Shown: positions 56,146-64,000 of the stretch, piece by piece
Layout: every line of letters begins with the position of its first letter
Numbering within the stretch: position 1 is the first letter of the stretch
The notes under the pieces: generated by a model
Databases searched by the model: none
Seen by the model: only the letters and a program-made list of their open reading frames with translations
What the model was told of the DNA's origin: nothing
Translations under genes and position numbers: made by a program
From: Schizochytrium sp. TIO01
Lineage: Eukaryota > Protista > Bigyra: Labyrinthulomycetes
Length of the DNA stretch: 64,000 nt
Direction of reading: 5' to 3'
NCBI GenBank assembly: GCA_004764695.1
Contig: SMSO01000034.1
Span: 620,001-684,000, forward strand

Positions 56146-59100
56146 ACAGCGAGACAGAGCAGCGAGGAGGCAGAAGAGCCTGCCTGGCTGCCTGGCTGTC
56201 TGGCTGCCTGACGCTTTGGTGGGACCATGTACTCCATCGACTGAGCAGCAGACCGCTTCGCTGGCGCCTGGGTTTGGCGCCGCTCTCGTCTCGCTTCGCC
56301 AAGCACGCAGAGATGGCAAGCTTTTATGAACGATAGAAGCGAGTGATATTTATTTATCAACGCAACTAGCGCCGCGACGAGGCAAGCAGGCCAGCCACGC
56401 CAGCTCTGAAGGCAGCCCCAAGACGAGAAGGGGAGAGACTTACTTGCGAGAAAGAGGTACCGCCCGACCGTCAACCTGACGCCGCCGCAGCCGCCGCCGC
56501 AGCCGCCGCCGCCTGCTGCACGATCAATCGAACAGCCATAACCCGGAGAGAAAGGAAATCAACCACCCGATCAGTAGCTAGCTAGCTTACTCACTTACCT
56601 TCTTCTTCTTTCCGCCTGCTGTCTCCTGTTTGCTTCGCTGTTTGGCGCGTCTCGCACAGCGGATCGCCGCCCTAGCTCCTCGCGAACTCTTGCAACCCGC
56701 GCGCAGCGCTCTCCACGCCGCACTCGATGAAACAGTTTCCTGACTGTCTCTGTCTCTGCGGTTGATTGATCTCTCTTTTTTCTATCCTTCTTTCATTCTT
56801 TCATTAAATTCTTATTATTTTGTTTTATCTTTCTTTCTAATTTCCCTTTCTTTCCTCCCATCTACTATCGCTGCCACTAAGCTAGTTAGTTAGCTATCTA
56901 GCTGCTAGCACTCCGCCTAAGCGGTCATTAGTAGCAGCGCTTCGCGGTGCGTAAAAGAAGGCTGTTCCTCGGAGGATGAGCGAACGCGCTCCACAAGAGA
57001 GCGGCTTAGGGGACGCTTTTCCTGATTAATTTACCGAAAACGAAGCAGGCTCCGACATCCCTCCCGGAACAACATCAGGAGGAAGTATGTTTGCCCGAGA
57101 GGGAGCACCGGAACAAAAGAGGGTGTCGTAGGGGAGCTGTGGTCGTCAACTTCCGAAGTTGGATGAGTCAAGTCCTATTCAAAGCCGATCTCCTCACAAT
57201 GCCTGCGTTCTTGCCAGCTTCCCTCCACCACACAGTTATTCAAAGTGGCGAGGGTGCGCAGACCAGTCCATCCCTCTTGGCGTCGGGAGGGCAACCCCAA
57301 ACCACTCTCCCTAGGCAGGAGGCAGAGGAGGCCCAAGGCACACCGTCGGTAAGCAATGCTTGCCTCGCTGAGGTCAACACCGCTGTTGCAACCAAGCCGT
57401 GGGTTATAGCAACCAAGCAAGTCGCCTGCATCATCTTCCGAGCTCTGCAGATGAATGTTTCAGAAAGTAGCGCTCTTTCTCTTCTCCCTCCTTTCCCTTG
57501 TTTTTCTTTTTCTTTTTTAATAATTTATTTTAGAATCAATCTTCATTGAGATTTCAGTAGGTAGCAGGTGTGTATGTATGTATATCCCTATCGACTTGAA
57601 AACAATAGAAACCAGCAAGCAAGCCAAAGGGCCCAATAAGTATTTGTACCTTCCCATAAAACACTGAAGAAACTGAGACCACATGTCGGTTTGGCCAATT
57701 GATGCTGCATCCATCGCTGCCTTCATTGGACAGTCAGCACTGAGTTATCCTCCTTTTCTTTTCCTTTCAAAAAAAGAAGAAGAAAAAAAGTTTAATTTAT
57801 ATTATTATTTTTTTAAGTTTTAAAAACAATAATAGTGGGAGCCTTCATCTCGAAAGTGATATATATCTTGAAATGACAGAAGAGCGAATACCTTAAACAT
57901 TGCCATCATCGTGCTGCAGCAAGACTAACATACGCCTGCTGCTGGAAACTAGGGCTTTAAAACCCCTGAATTAGTCATGGACGTCACGACCTTGCATTTA
58001 TTTCTCAGGGCCATTCTTGAGAGAGCAGTTAAACACTGTTCTTGCGTATAACTTATTTATTGTGTGTATCTGCAAAGGACAGTTTCTCTTTTTTGTTCTT
58101 GTGGTGCAATGAATGTGTGAGATCGACTGCAGTTAGCGAGGCACTACCTCCTTCCTTTCCTGGCTATTCGATAACCCGAGTTCCATTCGTGTATTCATTC
58201 ATTTATTCATTTACTATTTTTCCACGAGTTGCTCTGCGTTCTTGCCAGAAGCGAGTACTACTAGTTGTAGAGTTGAGACTACCTGACAGCGGTGTACGAA
58301 GTACCTAGCCAGGAAGGTATGTATGTATGTATGTTTGTACGCGTCCAAACAAGCCACCAGCAAGGTAGTTTAGCCATATTTATGCACTCACTCACTCACT
58401 CACTCACTCACTCCCGCACTCACTCATTCGCTTACCTTTTGATCACTTCTTGCACAGACACCATTCCTGAAGAGAAGAACTCCTTAGGTCACATCGGATT
58501 AAACCCGGACCTGACCTCAAATAGTCGCGACCGTGTGAGAGCTGACGATCACAGGTTCTGCCTCTCTCAAAAGTCACCCTGTCATATCGTTTTTTGTTTG
58601 TTTTGTTCATTATTTTGCCGACATCAGCTGATATAATTTTCTACTTTGAATCATTGGTAGGCAATATGGCAACTAGAGAATCCCCTAATCGACTGTATAG
58701 CAGTGGTAGACTTATGGTGTTTACCTGATACCGCCTTTCTCTTTCAATTTATTTTGGCCTGAGAATGTCGGTAGAATTGTACATTAGCTCTGATAATGGG
58801 AGGCGATGCTAACTCTCGCTCGGCTTGGAAAGCGTCAGTTAGGCTCAGCCGCAAGCGCCTTCCCTGTATCTGCACCAAGGTCCAAGTCTCGAAATGCCCA
58901 ACACAGATGACATTGAAGCATTTTCTTCTCTTAACCATTATTATTATTATTAGCGTAATTCAATATAATAGCTGAAAAAAAGGGGGGGGGGAGAAAGAAT
59001 AGCTTCGTAAAAAGATCCTGATATGCTAGCCTGATGCTATGTTTTAACCTATTGAACTACCTTTTTACTGATAACTATCATGCCATCTTAACTTCTTTTT

Positions 59101-60180
59101 TTTGTTTGAACATATATAAAATATAAAAGTTTCTTTGATTAACTTTTTAATTTAAGAATGTAAATCAAAACACTCCTGCGCGGCGGCGTGGAAGCAATTA
59201 CACCGACAGCGCTCTTTATTAGTTGCTGGCATCGGTATATCCTTCCGCAGCCACTCGCTACAGGTCACAAGAATGTGAGACAGCACTGATCCAGAGACTT
59301 TACCCAACAGCAGAGTAAGCGCAGTGGTTCTGGCTACTATTCCATTTTTTTAATTGTTTTTACGCCGCTGACTTTGTCAACGCGCTGGAGGTGCCGCTGC
59401 AAGCAAGCAGGCAGGCAGGCGAGCAGGCAAGCAAAAAGAGAGAAGCGCAGACAGAAAGTAAGGGTCGCTCTGAGCTCAACGAAAGCTCAAGGCCCCAGAA
59501 GCACATTACCGTGATCAGTGGGGCAGTCGCAGGTATTTGTTCCGGTGTGGGCGATTTTATCAGTTTACTTGACTGGTTATCGCTCTCTGGCGCCTCCTCT
59601 CTCCCTCTCCCCTCTCTACACATTCTACTATCGACTCTTATTTAATTGCCGAAGAAAGAGGCTTTTTTAGCTCGCTTACTCAGATCGTCAAAACACCCCG
59701 AAGTAGAGTAACAGATAACTGAAGCTGCTAAGCTCGTCAATGCTCGTGCAGCCATTGTTAGTTAGTTAGTTAGCTAGCTAGCTAGTTGAAGAGTTAGTTG
59801 AAAAGTTAGTTGAGTAGTTTCGTTGAATAGTTAGTTGAAGAGTCAGTTAGTTAGTCAGGGAGGTACTCTAGCTAGGGTAGGCAGGGAGGGGTTTCGTCCT
59901 TTGCGTATACATTTATTTATACGCCTCTTGGTAGAGTGGTAGAGTACACCTTATTTTTAATTAAAATTATAATAAAAACTAAATTAGGATCAAACTCTGA
60001 AGGCCGGAATTCTAGCTAGATGATAGACGATGGCGAGTGAGCGAGTGCGATTAGACGGACGGTAAAGGCTCTGGATGCATGCACTCTGGAATCGTGGAAA
60101 GCTACTTTCTCGAACTCCTCTCTTGAAACCATCTACGTTGCAAGAACGCAAGTAAAAACATGCAGGTGCCTAATTACTAT

Positions 60181-60189
60181 CCAAGCAAC

Positions 60190-60232
<43 letters not shown>

Positions 60233-60249
60233 CCAAGCAAGCAAGCAAC

Positions 60250-60288
<39 letters not shown>

Positions 60289-60345
60289 CCAAGCAAGCAA
60301 GCAAGCAAGCAACCAAGCAAGCAAGCAAGCAACCAAGCAAGCAAC

Positions 60346-60381
<36 letters not shown>

Positions 60382-60401
60382 GAAGCAAGCAAGCAAGCAA
60401 C

Positions 60402-60432
<31 letters not shown>

Positions 60433-60480
60433 CCAAGCAAGCAACCAAGCAAGCAACCAAGCAAGCAACCAAGCAAGCAA
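60181..60480. repeat. 300-bp (AAGC)n array interspersed with AACC variant units
   Basis: Continuous period-4 array; produces the spurious KQAS/LLAC ORFs. Confidence 0.95.
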
Positions 60481-61232
60481 GTCAGTACCGTCGTTAGTGA
60501 TTCATTGTGTTTGTAGTGAGAGTACAAGGTAGAAAATTAGTACCCACCTCTTACTTAAACCTGCCATCCTCCCTGTGGCCGTCCAAAAACAACGAAAAAA
60601 CAACGAGAAGAAGGCTACGCCATTTTTGAATGAATTAATTCATTAATGAATTAATGAATTAATGGTGCGTTTAAGTCTATGAATACTCTGGAGAAGGCCT
60701 CCGAGTCAAAGGTTTTAGTGTGGCTTTGGGTTTTACACAAGTAGCAGGCAGGCCCTTAGGGCGCTCTGGACGAAAAGAAAGAAGGCCTGGCCTTACTGTA
60801 ATTATTTTCAATTCTGATTTTGATTCTCATTCTTTTTTTAATGAACATTCTAACGAAACACGAAAAGTACTCTACTAGTTATGCACATAGCAGATGCATC
60901 TATTGTTCACTCGCACTCACTCACTAGCTGAAGGTAATGAGTACAGATTGTTCTTTCCATTTCTCTTCTTCTTCTATTTGTTTTTAGCAAAAGACAGTCA
61001 GCCTCAGGCTTCAGCCCTGCTAATTTCTATATCATCTTACCCAGCACGTACCTAGTTTGCAGCTTTTTCAGAAGAGCGGCAGTCAGCTTGGCTGTCATTT
61101 TGATTTTGGTTCTGCCTCTTCCTCCCAAATCGGACAAGAAATCTCTTTTTCCTCTTTCCTCTCCTTTTCTATTGAAAAGAATAAGAAGAAAACTAAGGCA
61201 TCGAAGATGTTTGATTTGTGCCCCACGTTTCC

Positions 61233-61276
61233 ATCACCTTTCGTTCCCATCACCTTTCGTTCCCATCACCTTTCGT
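61233..61276. repeat. 16-bp tandem repeat CCATCACCTTTCGTTC, about 3 copies
   Basis: Seen directly. Confidence 0.75.
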
Positions 61277-61418
61277 CTGCAAAGTGCTGCATCTCTACTG
61301 AGTAGTAAGAAGTAAGCAAGCAAGCTTAAATTCACCGTTTTCTAGCTCTAGCTAGCAAGTGAGGCGCTTTTCTCATTAATTGACCGATTGACCGATTGAC
61401 CAATCAACTGACTGACAG

Positions 61419-61640
61419 AATAAATAAATAAATAGATCAATAAATAGATCAATAAATAGATCAATAAATAGATCAATAAATAGATCAATAAATAGATCAA
61501 TAAATAGATCAATAAATAGATCAATAAATAGATCAATAAATAGATCAATAAATAAATAAATAAATAAATAACTAAATAATTGAATGAATGAATGAATGAA
61601 TGAATGAATGAATGAATAATTGAATAATTGAATAATTGAA
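61419..61640. repeat. 12-bp minisatellite (AATAAATAGATC) x10 flanked by (AATA)n, (GAAT)n and (TTGAATAA)n
   Basis: Ten GATC-containing units between about 61427 and 61550. Confidence 0.92.
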
Positions 61641-61934
61641 TCACTGATTTACATAGTGCGTAGGCACCCGCCTGCACCTGCCTGCACCTGCCTGCCAGGC
61701 ACGACCAAAGTCGCGGAACTGGCATCCCTACTGAGCCACGAAGAGAAGCCCCCACGAGCTGTTCTTTCCGGGGCCTTTCTGGTCTCTGCCTCGTCAGTTT
61801 GAGCAAGGGCAGTTGAACCTCTGCCCTCTGCGTTCTTTTGCACCAGAGAGCGAGTGAGGAGGAGGAGGCACGGGCACCCTAGCCTTCTATTCTCGCGATT
61901 CTTCTTTCTTCTCTCCCTCCGTGGATTCCGCGGA

Positions 61935-61973
<39 letters not shown>

Positions 61974-63511
61974 CTCTCTCTTTCTCTCTCTCTTTCTGTC
62001 TCTCTCCTGTTCTACTACGCAGCTAAAGAGCAGGGATTCAAGTAAGTCTCTGAGTAAGTAAGTCAGTAAGTCGGTAAGAATCCATCCAAAAAAGCAACGT
62101 AGGGGCGGTTGACATTAGGTGTGGTTGTAGTAGAACTACTATCCGATCGAGGAGTGCAACAAAGAAGCTTAGTAGCAATGCTCAGAGGTGAAGGAGACCC
62201 TCTAAGCCACGCAATGCTCAGAAAAGAGGGAGGAAACCAGAGAGAGAGAGAGAGGATGACCATCAATCGATCAAAGCACCCATCCAGAGCTGCCTTTGTA
62301 GAAGCAGCAGTAGTAGTGCCTACCAACAACATCGCTTTTGCTACTAAGTCTTTATTTATTTATTCATTTATTTATTCATTTATATCTTGTATATTATAGA
62401 GGAAGAAGAAGTACTTGCTTTGCTGTTGGTGTTTGTTGATACGCTTTTGCCAGGCTGATGATTGATTAGAGCCTCGTGACCTGCTCTTCTTTCCGCGTTG
62501 CCTCCGTTCCCTGCGCGTGCGTGCGTGAGTGCGTGCTTGCGTGCGTGCGTGCATGCGTGCGTACTGCGCTGCTGCGCTACTGTGCTACTGCATACTTCTT
62601 CGGATGCGTTCGATTGGCTTCGGAGCGATCGTGGGGAAATCCTGCAGAATGGCCTTATTTTTCATTGTTTGTTCTTTCGTTCTTTTGTTCTTTCGTTCTT
62701 TCGTTCTTTCGTTCTTTTTTACTTATTAAAAACAAACTTTGAACATCTAAAAAGTGAACTGGTTCCATTCATTTACATGAATGAGTTGCTCTCAGAGAGG
62801 CGATGACTGAGAGAAAACCCTTTGGTTTGGGCAAAAACTCAAGCCCAAAGCAACAATCACTCATGCATGCGTTGTCTCGGTCGGGACAACCACTTTGACA
62901 TACAACTCACATAGGAGCAATAAAAGGTACTTCAGCGCGCCCAACTTGAAGCACACAGCACCTCTAGCTAGAGCTAGGTTGAAGGTGTCGCTCACCTTCT
63001 TTCCACGCTGCAGCAACTGAAGAGTTTAGTTGTGACAGCTTTGCGAGAGGCTTCGCTTAATCGCCGTCCCCATCGAAGTGAGGATGCGAGGACTGTGGGG
63101 GAGCGAAACGCTGCTGCACGATTGCTGATCGATGCCCGCAAAGCTTTCGGACGCATAATAGCAGGTACCTCGCTGAGAAGAGAAGAGCTTGAGCGGACGA
63201 ACGAAAGGGAATGCAGAACCTGCGTTGATAGACAGAGGAGGGCAAACACGCGTGGTGAGCACCACCTAGGAACACTCACTCCGCTCACCAGTCAGAGGTT
63301 TTCGCGTGTATACTTCGGTGAAAGCTCAAGTTTTGTAAAATCCATATCACCCCTCTTTCATTGCGGCGTTGACTGTGGGACCGCGCTCGTATTGTTCCAA
63401 AATTTCACCGGCATGCTTATCTTGTTTTGTCTTGTTTTGTCTTGTTTTGTCTTGTCTTTTCCTTTTCTTTTCCTTTTCTTTTTTCTATATTTTTCCTATA
63501 TTTTTTTCAAA

Positions 63512-63542
63512 TTCAAGGTTCAAGGTTCAAGGTTCAAGGTTG
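63512..63542. repeat. 7-bp tandem repeat (TTCAAGG) x4
   Basis: Seen directly. Confidence 0.8.
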
Positions 63543-64000
63543 AGAGGTGAGAGACTTTGACTCGCGTTTCTACCCAAATAAAGGGATTGATACGAGTTGG
63601 CTCTAGTGCTACCAGGCGAGAGCGTGTTACTCTGTACAAGGTTTGTTATCGTTGAGAGGTATCGAGGTGCTGATAGTTTGTAAACAAAGTACTGATTTAA
63701 GCTTTTACCCAAAATAAAGGTCGAGTCGCTCGAAGCAATGTCAGAAAGGCTACGAATCTAAATTTCGATTTTAATGGCAAAGGGGTGGGGGGAGGGGAGA
63801 ACTATAATTTCATTCGAGATATCTGTTGAATTATTGAAATAGGCCAAGCAGCATCCTACGGGAAATTGACCCACGAATCTCAACTTAAGCATGCTCTTGC
63901 GACAACATTGCACTGCAAAACATGTACATGCCAGCAAATGAATACACATAAGCCTTCTTGTGACGATTTATTGTCCCGCACATTTATTGGATACCTCTAC

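Noticed and set aside
60133-60527. ORFs encoding LLAC/KQAS repeats
   Set aside because: Translations of the AAGC/AACC microsatellite, which lacks stop codons; no evidence of coding
61419-61560. Regular repeats as a possible CRISPR array (also 23006-23065)
   Set aside because: Head-to-tail units with no unique spacers, no cas genes, eukaryotic context
54250-63949. Numerous 60-190 aa ORFs in the terminal 10 kb
   Set aside because: Mostly non-ATG starts, microsatellite-derived or low-complexity translations, no domains or transposase motifs

Overview
Eukaryotic, intron-poor genomic DNA. The gene set (flagellar ODA docking protein, tubulin deglutamylase, AP2 factor, bubblegum acyl-CoA synthetase), the uninterrupted CDSs and the microsatellite-rich spacers suggest a stramenopile protist such as a thraustochytrid/labyrinthulomycete; this taxonomy is inference. 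There are about 17 protein genes: an MGC-acylated HAD nucleotidase/UMP-CMP kinase fusion, a DHHC palmitoyltransferase, gamma-tubulin complex protein 2, a bacterial ArsJ-associated (Gap3-type) GAPDH, a divergent VPS4, a GH2 beta-mannosidase, a class 3 lipase, an HDAC3-like deacetylase, ODA-DC2/CCDC114, CCP1, a histidine phosphatase, a NIPA-type transporter, an ACSBG, an AP2 transcription factor and three hypothetical proteins. Three long gene-free tracts (about 21.6-24.8, 41-46.7 and 54.1-64 kb) are packed with mostly tetranucleotide repeats. Most notable: (1) the antagonistic nucleotidase-kinase fusion; (2) the arsenate-detoxification-type GAPDH with no ArsJ in the window; (3) a 35-bp convergent CDS overlap containing a palindrome, so both proteins read RDHE near their C-termini; (4) GCP2 with a beta-trefoil-like triple repeat; (5) VPS4 with a His in place of the pore-loop Trp. 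No tRNA, rRNA, CRISPR array or transposase was recognised. All family calls come from motif recognition, not database searches.
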